This document shows, in pieces, positions 19,640-27,493 of a stretch of DNA of 37,470 nt. The stretch comes from a virus. Lineage: Duplodnaviria > Caudoviricetes. Position 1 is the stretch's first letter. Each line of letters starts with the position of its first letter. The notes beneath the pieces were generated by a model. The model searched no databases, was not told the DNA's origin, and saw only the letters and a program-made list of their open reading frames with translations. Location: positions 1-37,470 of the IMG/VR virus record IMGVR_UViG_3300048853_000030. One strand, given 5' to 3'. The translations under genes were made by a program, and so were the position numbers.

Positions 19640-19878
19640 CGGTCGAGTTCACCCTCAGTGATACGCATCCCGATGTCCTCGGCCAGTGCGTCGAACACCT
19701 CGGTGGGTGTGCCGGTCGCGGCTGCGATGGCGTCGAGCACGAGCTGTGGTTCGTTGTCTGGGACCGGTACGGGTTCGAACCCGACCGCGGTGGTGTCGTT
19801 GGTCCAGAGCACGCCGGCTGCTGGTGTGCGGACGTTGGTCCACCGGCCGGGGCCGGTTCGGTCGGCCCGGTCAGGCAT
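19609..19878 (-). CDS. Hypothetical protein
   Basis: Start re-called at MPDRADRTG (89 aa), overlapping the upstream stop. Confidence 0.6.
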   Translation of the reverse strand: MPDRADRTGPGRWTNVRTPAAGVLWTNDTTAVGFEPVPVPDNEPQLVLDAIAAATGTPTEVFDALAEDIGMRITEGELDRWTARPGRRG

Positions 19879-20101
19879 GTGCGCCAACCGCTGTCGCGGT
19901 GTAGACGGCGGGATCGATGGTCTCGTCAAGCTGCCGGTAGATGGCGGTGAGGTCGACACCGAGTGCACTGCCGATCACACCGAGGGCAGTTTCGGTCGCC
20001 TCGCGCACCAGCCGGGGCGCGATGGTTACTGGCCACAGGCTGGCGACCACGTCACCGCAGTCGCCCAGGGGTTCGAGGACTGCACTCACGTCGACCTCCA
20101 T
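19871..20101 (-). CDS. Hypothetical protein
   Basis: 76 aa from ATG 20101; first ORF after the structured leader; weak RBS. Confidence 0.5.
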   Translation of the reverse strand: MEVDVSAVLEPLGDCGDVVASLWPVTIAPRLVREATETALGVIGSALGVDLTAIYRQLDETIDPAVYTATAVGAHA

Positions 20102-20104
20102 CGA

Positions 20105-20308
20105 AGTAGGTTGGCCCGCCCGCACTCTGGGGTGCCGATGCTCGGGGGAAGCGGCGGGCCAAGTCCTGCACCGCAGCGCGCAGCAACACCCTCGCCAGAG
20201 GGTGGGTCATGGGGTGCGCTTGTCCGTCGAAAGGCAAGAAAGCCCGGGGGTGACGCGCTGCGGTGAAGATGACAATGGCCGCTCGCTGGTGAACCCAGGG
20301 CGGCCGAC
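20105..20308 (-). ncRNA. Putative structured late-operon leader RNA
   Basis: Three consecutive stem domains: 20277-20305, 20169-20265 (12-bp CACCGCAGCGCG stem) and 20111-20162 (10-bp TTGGCCCGCC stem). Confidence 0.5.
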
Positions 20309-20314
20309 AGCGAT

Positions 20315-20320
20315 AGCGTA
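20315..20320 (-). promoter_or_regulatory. Putative late promoter -10 element (TACGCT), no canonical -35
   Basis: TANNNT hexamer just downstream of the late regulator gene and just upstream of the first leader stem. Confidence 0.4.
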
Positions 20321-20350
20321 CCCCAGACCCCTGACGTAAGACCAGATCTG

Positions 20351-21028
20351 TCAAGCACGGTTGCGTTGGGCGTGTCTCTTGTGCGCGTCGAGCACGTCAC
20401 CGAGCCGATAGAACCTCGTGCCGGTGTCCGGGTCCTCGGAGACATGAGTGAGACCTGCTTGCTTGCATAAGGTTCGCATTCGCCTGGCGTTCAATCCCTT
20501 CCCAACCTTGTCGAGTTTGTGGGCCAGCTTCTCGACGGTGGCGACGGTGACGATCTGCCGGTTCGCTTCTTGCACCATGGCTTCGTCAATGGTGTATTCG
20601 CGTTCGGTCGTGTTCATGGATCGCGCGCATCGGTCGACGATGCGGCACAGCCTCTTGAAGATCTCAGCGCCGTCTTCCATGACTGCGATGGCGATGCGGT
20701 AACGAATGAGCCACTTGGCCAACGCGCTTGGGTATGCGCTGCCTTGGTAGCTCAGCCCGCGTACTTCGCAGATGTGGCGCACGGCGGTGGTCAGCTCGTT
20801 CTGCAGTTCGTCGAGGAGTACCTCGACGTGGAGGCCGTACGGTTCGCGCGGCCCGGGCTGGGGCCGGCGGATACCGAGACCGTTGTCGCTGGTGCGGGAT
20901 TGCCCGTCGGTGAGGGCGATGGCCATCCTGCGTTCGAGGTCGGTGACCTCGTCGAGCTTCGCTTTGAGGTAGTCGAGCTCGGCCCGGGTGACGGTGAGAT
21001 CGTCGGCGTTCGACTGCTGCTGGGTCAC
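20351..21028 (-). CDS. Putative late transcriptional regulator with C-terminal HTH
   Basis: 225 aa from the GTGA overlap; last early gene before packaging genes; C-terminal GTRFYRLGDVLDAH winged-HTH-like motif. Confidence 0.6.
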   Translation of the reverse strand: MTQQQSNADDLTVTRAELDYLKAKLDEVTDLERRMAIALTDGQSRTSDNGLGIRRPQPGPREPYGLHVEVLLDELQNELTTAVRHICEVRGLSYQGSAYPSALAKWLIRYRIAIAVMEDGAEIFKRLCRIVDRCARSMNTTEREYTIDEAMVQEANRQIVTVATVEKLAHKLDKVGKGLNARRMRTLCKQAGLTHVSEDPDTGTRFYRLGDVLDAHKRHAQRNRA

Positions 21029-21393
21029 TGCGTCACTTCGATTTCCAGCCACAGTTGGCCTTTCCCGGTGGTCGACTTCGGATGGATTACTGGCATCAAC
21101 TTGGTCATCTGAGCGGGGACGTCGTCGCCGACAACCCCTGCGTCACAGATGCCGTCGCATAGCGCCTTGAGGGTGGGCACCGGGTTCTCGGCATCTCGGC
21201 GTCCGTTACGCGCTGGTGCCCAGTGCAGGCTCACCGTGACGTGATCGCAGTTGCGCGGCACCTGGTGCAGTACGGCGAGCAGCCTTGCAGTGTTGCGGAC
21301 TTCGCGGACGACGCTTGCCTTCTTGGCCCAGTGCAGTCGCTGATTCTCAGAGAGCGGCGGCTTCTCATATGGCAGCGGGATGATGATCGTCAT
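21025..21393 (-). CDS. rusA: RusA-like Holliday junction resolvase
   Basis: PPLSEN, RRDAEN, KALCDG and DD catalytic motifs; ATG at 21393 in an ATGA overlap. Confidence 0.85.
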   Translation of the reverse strand: MTIIIPLPYEKPPLSENQRLHWAKKASVVREVRNTARLLAVLHQVPRNCDHVTVSLHWAPARNGRRDAENPVPTLKALCDGICDAGVVGDDVPAQMTKLMPVIHPKSTTGKGQLWLEIEVTQ

Positions 21394-21705
21394 AGCGAGA
21401 TCACCGCCAGGATGATGTCGCCGAGCTGCCGGAGTTGCTTGCCGCAGCCACCGCATTGGTGTCCGTGTCGGCAGGCCGTGGAGAGAATGGCGTTCGATCG
21501 ACTGCCGGAGCGTTTCGAAGCACTCGCCACACAGCAGCGCGCCGACGTTGTCACAGGCGTACAGGTCGTTGTCGCGCTGTGCGTGATAGCGGATGCGAAG
21601 GGTGGCCGCCGGCCGGCCCGCGGTGTGGCAGACGCACTCGCACTGCGGCCCTTCGTCGAGGGGCGCTACGTCGAGTGGGGCGACTTCATGGGTGGGGATG
21701 CTCAT
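21390..21705 (-). pseudogene. Cys-rich Zn-finger protein with apparent +1 frameshift near 21495
   Basis: Frame 0 gives CECVCH...CGEC; the +1 frame continues NAILSTACRHGHQCGGCGKQLRQLGDIILAVISL* and stops in an ATGA overlap with rusA. Confidence 0.6.
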
Positions 21706-21707
21706 TC

Positions 21708-22037
21708 TTAGATCCTCTTGCTCTCAGCGAGTTTGGCGATGTCGGCCATGGCCTTGCGACGGACCTCGTCGCTGGCGATCGGCTTGTTGAGTGCGAGTAC
21801 TTCGGCGGCCGGTGCGGGCTGGCGCATCGCGGCCCGGACCATCGTGGTGACGTGCCCGGGCATGAGCCAGGCGGTGGAATTGGTGAAGTGGGTGTGCACG
21901 GCTTCGAGTGCGGCGGCTTTGGTCCAGCGGCCTCGCTGTGCGGTTTCGTACCAGGCTGCGATGGCGGTCTGGCCGATGTCGCGGTTGTCGTAAGACTGGA
22001 TGACCTGGAGCAGTTCGATGATGTCGTCGCGGTTCAC
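21708..22037 (-). CDS. Replicative helicase loader/inhibitor (G39P-like)
   Basis: 109 aa directly after the initiator; YDNR...AAW...EAVHTHF...WLMPGHV pattern. Confidence 0.65.
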   Translation of the reverse strand: MNRDDIIELLQVIQSYDNRDIGQTAIAAWYETAQRGRWTKAAALEAVHTHFTNSTAWLMPGHVTTMVRAAMRQPAPAAEVLALNKPIASDEVRRKAMADIAKLAESKRI

Positions 22038-22924
22038 TGGACGCCTCCATTGATCGCTCGCAGGTTGGTGGTGGGTATGGGGTCGATGCCGAGTTGCCGG
22101 AGGGCGACGGGGTCGGGGTTGTCTTTCATGAGTTCGAGTTCGACGAATTGGCGCTCAGACTTCGTGAGAGCTCGTTTGGGGGCGGCTCGGGGGTCTTGAG
22201 CCTTGAGGAGCCCGCTGACGAGCGAGGGAAGGATTCCGGGGCCAACGTCGGTGCGTGTCATCCACTCGTGGAGTGCCTGTTCGACGATCTGGGGTTCGGT
22301 ACCTCCAACGAGGAGCTCGCTGGCCTTGATGCGGAGTGCGGTCTTGACGGCTGCGGGCTGGTTGCGGGGGATGATGTCGCGGACCATGCGGGCGGCGTCG
22401 GGCTTGATGGCGGGACCGGTGGGGCGTTCGTTCTGCGGCTCGCCGGCGGTCGCGTTACTTAGGTGAGATGCCTCAGGTAGGTGACCAGTAGTTCTCTTTT
22501 CTTCTTCTACTTCTTCTTGGCTTGGGTTTCGCTTGATCCCATCGCTAAGCGGACGCTTGAGCTTCTGACCGGCGTTCACAGCCCGCACCTGGCCGCCTCT
22601 TTTGCCTGCTGCCCTGGCCTTTTCGATGGCTTCGGCTTGCTCGGCGGCCGACGTTTGGTGCTTCAAATAGTCGTGCAAAATGAACTCTTTTTTCACGACA
22701 TCGTGAGTGCAGAATCCGTGCAGAATCAGTTCATTTCGCACGCGATACGGAACGATTTTGTTGAAGGTCCGGGCGTCCACGACACCGTCTGTCTTGAAGT
22801 CAGCGCAGTGTGACCACAGATCCAGGAGCGCCCAGCGAGCCGACATCGGCATCGCAAGCACCTTCGGATTCCGCACAAAGTCGGTGGTGACTTTGATGAA
22901 CGGACGGGGGTCCTTCTCGGACAC
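22034..22924 (-). CDS. RepA-like replication initiator
   Basis: Start re-called at GTG 22924; FIKVTTDFVRNPKV, WSHCADFKTDG and LHDYLKHQ motifs; central EEVEEEKR linker. Confidence 0.8.
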   Translation of the reverse strand: MSEKDPRPFIKVTTDFVRNPKVLAMPMSARWALLDLWSHCADFKTDGVVDARTFNKIVPYRVRNELILHGFCTHDVVKKEFILHDYLKHQTSAAEQAEAIEKARAAGKRGGQVRAVNAGQKLKRPLSDGIKRNPSQEEVEEEKRTTGHLPEASHLSNATAGEPQNERPTGPAIKPDAARMVRDIIPRNQPAAVKTALRIKASELLVGGTEPQIVEQALHEWMTRTDVGPGILPSLVSGLLKAQDPRAAPKRALTKSERQFVELELMKDNPDPVALRQLGIDPIPTTNLRAINGGVQ

Positions 22925-22926
22925 GA

Positions 22927-23223
22927 TCAGGTACCAGTCCTCTCGTTTGAGAACCGCGCCATGGCGTTCGGTCCCGGCTGCGATTGCCAGCCAGCGGCAT
23001 CGAGGAGGCAGGCGCGGCACTTGTCGCTGCCTGCGCCGTCGCTCTCCCAGCCCTCGGGCACGAGGCGGGCCCGGGCTGTCGCGAGCGCCTCACCTAGATC
23101 GGCCGCGCTGATGTTCGTCTGCTCGACGTGGCGGCCGCACGCGCCGACGCACGAGATTGTGATGTCGAAGGTGTCTACCCACGCACCGGTCGAGTCTCTG
23201 TTCTGGAACGCGAGGTAGGTCAT
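22927..23223 (-). CDS. Hypothetical protein (CxxxC/CxxC)
   Basis: 98 aa; ATGA overlap with the upstream gene. Confidence 0.65.
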   Translation of the reverse strand: MTYLAFQNRDSTGAWVDTFDITISCVGACGRHVEQTNISAADLGEALATARARLVPEGWESDGAGSDKCRACLLDAAGWQSQPGPNAMARFSNERTGT

Positions 23224-23549
23224 GTTGCACCGCCGTTCGCGAGTTCAAGCAGAACGTCGGCGTGGCACGGCTGGTCAAGGGGGCACCAGCACGCGAGGTC
23301 GCGGCCGCGCAGCTGCTCGGTGATCTTCGGTAAGTCAGGCGAGAACGCCGCTCGGTAGAACGCGACGGCCATCTCGGATGTCAGTTCGAACTCGCGGCAG
23401 TAGGCGGTGCCATCTGGCTGATCCGCCTCGGTCATCAGTCGAGTGCCGACGCGCCACGGGTTGCCCCAAGTGGACCCACGGCCCACATAAACAGCGCGCT
23501 CTGGCATCCGCCAGCCTTTGGTGCGCTTCCGTTGGATTCGTTGAGGCAT
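23220..23549 (-). CDS. DUF4326 family protein
   Basis: MPQRIQRKRTKGWRMP, VYVGRGSTWGNPW and LRGRDLACWCPLDQPCHADVL motifs. Confidence 0.88.
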   Translation of the reverse strand: MPQRIQRKRTKGWRMPERAVYVGRGSTWGNPWRVGTRLMTEADQPDGTAYCREFELTSEMAVAFYRAAFSPDLPKITEQLRGRDLACWCPLDQPCHADVLLELANGGAT

Positions 23550-24088
23550 CAGATCCGTCCCTCTCGACGCATCCGAGCGCGCCAGTTGTCCGGCCAAATC
23601 AGAAGGCAGCAACCGAACGGCGGCCGCTCGTTCGGGCCAACAGACGTACTGCCTGCCTTGATGAACCGCATTCGACCTGGCAGGAATCGGACCCGGAACT
23701 CTGGGTCTCGATCGCGGTATGGCTCGACGTGTTCCTGCCACCACTTCTGCTCGCATCGATTGGCGGGCAACAGCATTACGATGCCGTGGGTGCCTTCGCG
23801 TTCAGCCCATGCCTTCTGTACCCACGCGCCGATGTTGGAGTATGGCGGGTTGCACCAGACTCGTTCGCCTGCCCATGACTGTGCCAGGCCATCGTCGTCG
23901 ATCGAGAAGAACCGCTCGCATTTGGTGTTGACGGCAGACGCAGCGACATCGAGTGTGAAGGGTCCGAACTCGGCGTCGATCTTCGCGAACTCGGCAGGAT
24001 CGGTACCTCGGTCGTCGACCGCATCCTTCGCGCCCCGCTTGCCGGTCTGCTGGGGGTGGTTCTGGGCCTTGAATCCGACGATGCTCAT
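23549..24088 (-). CDS. Phage DNA N6-adenine methyltransferase (Dam family)
   Basis: FTLDVAAS, DGLAQSW, VWCNPPYS and GRMRF motifs. Confidence 0.9.
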   Translation of the reverse strand: MSIVGFKAQNHPQQTGKRGAKDAVDDRGTDPAEFAKIDAEFGPFTLDVAASAVNTKCERFFSIDDDGLAQSWAGERVWCNPPYSNIGAWVQKAWAEREGTHGIVMLLPANRCEQKWWQEHVEPYRDRDPEFRVRFLPGRMRFIKAGSTSVGPNERPPFGCCLLIWPDNWRARMRREGRI

Positions 24089-24594
24089 GCGACATCACCG
24101 CTGTCGTAGACCTCTCCCGCGGTGACCCAGTCCTCGCGGTACACCGCGGTAGTGGGGATGCCGAGCGACCGCCACAACGCGATGACGCTGGGCCGGTCGT
24201 CGATCGCGGCGACGATGTCGAAGTTGTAGTAATCCGGGCTCGTGAGGAGCGCGTGGATGTCCCGCTTTACTTCGGTGTCGGGTCGAGTGTCGTCGTCGCC
24301 TCGCATGAACGGGCCGTAGAAGTCGTTGTGGGGCAGATACTTCATTAGCCACTCTTGCGTGGAGACGTCGTGCCGGTACATCCGGCCTGTGACGATGACG
24401 AGCGTGTGGCCGGCGGCTCGCTGATCCTCGCACCAGTCGAGCACCCAGTCGGTGGGTGGGCATTGCGCGGCAGCCTGGTGGAATGCGTCGAAGTTCTTCG
24501 TGACACCGGGGGTGGTGATGTGGTGCAGCGCGGACGAGACGTCGCACAAGGTGCCGTCCACGTCCACGATGACGGCCGTCTTTGGTGTCGTCAT
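24085..24594 (-). CDS. HAD-family phosphatase (PNKP/PseT phosphatase domain-like)
   Basis: DVDGT, VTGR, MR...RPDTEVK and IDDRPSV motifs. Confidence 0.85.
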   Translation of the reverse strand: MTTPKTAVIVDVDGTLCDVSSALHHITTPGVTKNFDAFHQAAAQCPPTDWVLDWCEDQRAAGHTLVIVTGRMYRHDVSTQEWLMKYLPHNDFYGPFMRGDDDTRPDTEVKRDIHALLTSPDYYNFDIVAAIDDRPSVIALWRSLGIPTTAVYREDWVTAGEVYDSGDVA

Positions 24595-26402
24595 GCTGCC
24601 ACCGGCTCACTGTGGAGTGCGGCCCGGAGCCGTCGCCCGATCCACTCGCCAACCTGGGGTGAGACGGCGTTACCGAAGCCGTCGACCTGATTGCGAGCGC
24701 TACCCCAGACGATGAAGGTGCCTTGTTCGCCGGCGAAGTCAACGTCGAACCCACAACCGCGGCCGACTTCGTGGGCGGCCATCATCCGGAAGTAGCAGTC
24801 CTCGAGCGCGAGTTCGGACAGGGACCGCTGCCATTCGGCCGCAAGCAGCGCGGTGGTGTCGCGGGAGGTGAGTGTCCCGAACGGGTCCGCGAGTGGATGC
24901 GGTGCGGTCTCGGTCCCGGAGGACCCGTTCTGCTTGTACCAACCGGAGAACAGAAGGCCATGGCCAGCGCCGTCCGCGACGACGGTCTTCAGTGGTTGGT
25001 CCACACCTGACACCCGGCGGTCGCTGCCCTGACGGAACTGCACTGTGCCGGCGGCCGTGAGCAGTCCGGGTATCTGGTCGGCGGTGACGGTGGGCATTGC
25101 TTCGGCGTGGGTGGTGGGGACGGTGTTCTGCCGAAACGGCAGCACACCAGATGACAGCAGGCCGAGCGTCTCTGACCCACCTTGCGTGGGCAGCGACTCG
25201 TCGACACCTCGCGGTGCGCCTTGGAAGTTGTTGACGGCGAGCAGGATCGCTTTCTCGTGGGTGCTGGTGACCGTGTCCATCGGTTGGGTGAGGTGTTTCC
25301 CGTCGCCGTTGTGTCGGTGGGCGACGAGCACGGAGCCGGTTGACAACAGTGCTGTCTCTTGTTGGCTGGTCTGGGTGGCCAGCGGCTGCCACGGATGACG
25401 CTCTGAGCCCCGGGTGGCCTTCGCGGGTAGAAGCACAGCGGGGAACTCGGCGAACCTCTGCCGGCATCGTTCGGCCCGGGCCATGGTGGCGGCGGCGAGC
25501 GGCTTCTTGCGGTCCCCGATCCGGGTACCGAGGTCAGATAGGTCGAGCGCTGCGAGCGAGGGCGTCTGCGGTGGAACCACTTCGGCTCGGCACCGAGGGC
25601 ACCTGTAGTTGTACTGCTTCCCGTACCGAACGGACCCGGTAGGTGGCACACCCGTCTTCCACGACCACACGGCCTCCACCGTCTGGTCGCAGGAGCTGCA
25701 CCACGACGGCGGCCGGTGATCCAGGTCTGGCGCCGGGACGTTGCGGTCCCAGAACACGATGTACAGCCGGTCGCGGGACTGGGGGACACCGAAGAACATC
25801 GAGTTCAGGTACAGCACCTTGTGCCGGTAGCCAAGCTTGTCGAACTCGTTGAGCCACCACCGGTAGGTCGAGCCGTCCCCGACCTTCGCGCGCCCGGGTA
25901 TGGCCGGGCCCCACGACGTGAGCTCGGTGGTGCACTCGACAAGGATCATTCGTGGATGATGTTGCGCCGCATAGTGCAGAACACAGTTTGCGGTGGCCCG
26001 GTCGCGCTCGGATCGGGTGACGCGTTCGTCGAAGTCGGGGTCGTCGAGGTCGAATAGCGACACCCCCTGTTGGTACGCCTTCTGTGTGTTGGCCTGCGAG
26101 TGGTTGACGCAGGAGACGCCGGCGACGAGGAGGTCGCCGGGTGGCAGGTCGCGGGCGGAGTGGTAGTCCGTTGAGGTGGGGTCGACGAGGTCGGCGATCC
26201 AGTGCTCGGCGGTGGGGTGGTTCGCTTCGTGGACTTCGACTTTGTAGCGGTTGTGGTTGGCGGCCATGATCGTTGTGAACCCGGCGCGTTCGATGCCTCG
26301 AGTGAGTCCACCGAATCCGGAGAACAGATCGACGGCGACGAGATCGTCGTGCGCGAACTTTCGCTCACGAACAGCGGGCCTGTGTTCTGCAGTCTGCGTC
26401 AT
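24591..26402 (-). CDS. DNA cytosine-5 methyltransferase
   Basis: DLFSGFGG (motif I), GVSC (IV), VEC (VI), PQSRDRLY (VIII), GNAVSP (X); start re-called at MTQTAEH. Confidence 0.88.
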   Translation of the reverse strand: MTQTAEHRPAVRERKFAHDDLVAVDLFSGFGGLTRGIERAGFTTIMAANHNRYKVEVHEANHPTAEHWIADLVDPTSTDYHSARDLPPGDLLVAGVSCVNHSQANTQKAYQQGVSLFDLDDPDFDERVTRSERDRATANCVLHYAAQHHPRMILVECTTELTSWGPAIPGRAKVGDGSTYRWWLNEFDKLGYRHKVLYLNSMFFGVPQSRDRLYIVFWDRNVPAPDLDHRPPSWCSSCDQTVEAVWSWKTGVPPTGSVRYGKQYNYRCPRCRAEVVPPQTPSLAALDLSDLGTRIGDRKKPLAAATMARAERCRQRFAEFPAVLLPAKATRGSERHPWQPLATQTSQQETALLSTGSVLVAHRHNGDGKHLTQPMDTVTSTHEKAILLAVNNFQGAPRGVDESLPTQGGSETLGLLSSGVLPFRQNTVPTTHAEAMPTVTADQIPGLLTAAGTVQFRQGSDRRVSGVDQPLKTVVADGAGHGLLFSGWYKQNGSSGTETAPHPLADPFGTLTSRDTTALLAAEWQRSLSELALEDCYFRMMAAHEVGRGCGFDVDFAGEQGTFIVWGSARNQVDGFGNAVSPQVGEWIGRRLRAALHSEPVAA

Positions 26403-26527
26403 GATGGGTCCTCCCACACCACGCCGCACCCGCAGATGACAGCAGGTGGATGGGCACCGTTCTGCCGGGGGATTTGCCAGTGGCGCAACGCCCAGCGATG
26501 CCAGCACATCTGGAGGTAGGCGATCAT
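26399..26527 (-). CDS. Small hypothetical protein (42 aa)
   Basis: Own translation MIAYLQMCWHRWALRHWQIPRQNGAHPPAVICGCGVVWEDPS; TGATG and ATGA overlaps on both sides. Confidence 0.6.
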   Translation of the reverse strand: MIAYLQMCWHRWALRHWQIPRQNGAHPPAVICGCGVVWEDPS

Positions 26528-26682
26528 CACAACTCCTCGATCTCATGTGTGATGCCGGTCGGCGCGACGCCGATCTCTTTCTCTACGGCAGACTCGACCG
26601 GCCAGACGAGGTCAGTGGCGAGCGAGTCGGGATCCCAATCGGAATCCATCGGGATGCGGACGTGCAGAACAAGATCAGGCAT
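26527..26682 (-). CDS. Small acidic hypothetical protein (51 aa)
   Basis: MPDLVLHVRIP...; RBS GAAAGGA. Confidence 0.65.
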   Translation of the reverse strand: MPDLVLHVRIPMDSDWDPDSLATDLVWPVESAVEKEIGVAPTGITHEIEEL

Positions 26683-26684
26683 TG

Positions 26685-26861
26685 TTATTCCTTTCCGGCG
26701 CAGGCGATATGTAGCTCTCGGCCGCGCACGCGCTGGACTTCGGTGATGCCAACTACCCAGGGCTCGCCGCATGCGTCGCAGGTGCCGGGGTGTCGGGCGG
26801 TGGATGGTGGTCGGCTGTGGCGGTGGGGGCGGAACTCGGCCGGGTCGGAGGGTTGCTTCAC
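26685..26861 (-). CDS. Small Zn-finger protein (58 aa)
   Basis: Own translation ...ARHPGTCDACGEPW...LHIAC; GTGA overlap. Confidence 0.6.
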   Translation of the reverse strand: MKQPSDPAEFRPHRHSRPPSTARHPGTCDACGEPWVVGITEVQRVRGRELHIACAGKE

Positions 26862-26995
26862 GAGTGGTCACCTGAGAGCGTGGTGCGGGTAAACACACCG
26901 TCAGTCGGCAGGTCATCGCGGTCGAGATCGAATGCCGCGCAGGGGCATCCCTCGCCATCCCACATCGGGCAAAGCTCCTGATCGCAAGCGCTCAT
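26858..26995 (-). CDS. Small Cys-rich protein (45 aa)
   Basis: Own translation MSACDQELCPMWDGEGCPCAAFDLDRDD...; ATGA overlap. Confidence 0.6.
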   Translation of the reverse strand: MSACDQELCPMWDGEGCPCAAFDLDRDDLPTDGVFTRTTLSGDHS

Positions 26996-27102
26996 CCCTC
27001 GTCCTCCATCCCCATGGCCACCCCGAGGCTGACCGCGATCGCACCGAGGGCGATGGCTGCGAGGCCGGCGCGGATGAACAGGGCGTAGTGGCGGGTGGTC
27101 AT
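26992..27102 (-). CDS. Small membrane protein (36 aa)
   Basis: MTTRHYALFIRAGLAAIALGAIAVSLGVAMGMEDEG; RBS GGAGGAG; ATGA overlaps. Confidence 0.6.
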   Translation of the reverse strand: MTTRHYALFIRAGLAAIALGAIAVSLGVAMGMEDEG

Positions 27103-27493
27103 AGCTCCTCCAACTGCTCGCGGAGTTGCCTACGCGCTTCCGCGTGGCCTTGCCATCGCCAGTAGTCGGCGTCGGCGTCGGTCGAGTTCCTCAGCGCGGT
27201 GACGCACTCGTCGCGCTCGCTTATGAACTTGTCGACCTTCTCCATCGTGGCGAGCAGGTCACGCACCAAGTCGGGTGCCGCAGCGATGAACTCGGCGCGG
27301 GGCTGCCGTAGCTCCTCGTCTGTCCCGTCGTTGGCGCTGACCATGGCGACGGACTCGTCGTCCTCGATGATGTGCCAGTGATCACCGCCAGCAACGCCCG
27401 TTGTGAGGGGATTCCATTGCGGGCTGCCGATCGCTGTGAGTAGCCGTTGCGCCTGCGCCTTGAGGTCGTCGTGGCGGGTGGTCATAGGTCCTC
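27088..27493. repeat. 23-bp direct repeat at two successive gene junctions (27088-27110 and 27471-27493)
   Basis: GTGGCGGGTGGTCATAG(C/G)TCCTC, 22/23 identical. Confidence 0.85.
27099..27485 (-). CDS. Hypothetical protein (Ead/Ea22-like AEFIAAAP motif)
   Basis: 128 aa; ATGA overlaps. Confidence 0.7.
   Translation of the reverse strand: MTTRHDDLKAQAQRLLTAIGSPQWNPLTTGVAGGDHWHIIEDDESVAMVSANDGTDEELRQPRAEFIAAAPDLVRDLLATMEKVDKFISERDECVTALRNSTDADADYWRWQGHAEARRQLREQLEEL

Noticed and set aside
23549-26402. Restriction-modification system
   Set aside because: No endonuclease or specificity subunit nearby; these look like orphan phage methyltransferases
26683-26958. 143-aa ORF 26527-26958 as one gene
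   Set aside because: The upstream part is better explained by two coupled small ORFs in other frames; there is a strong RBS before ATG 26682
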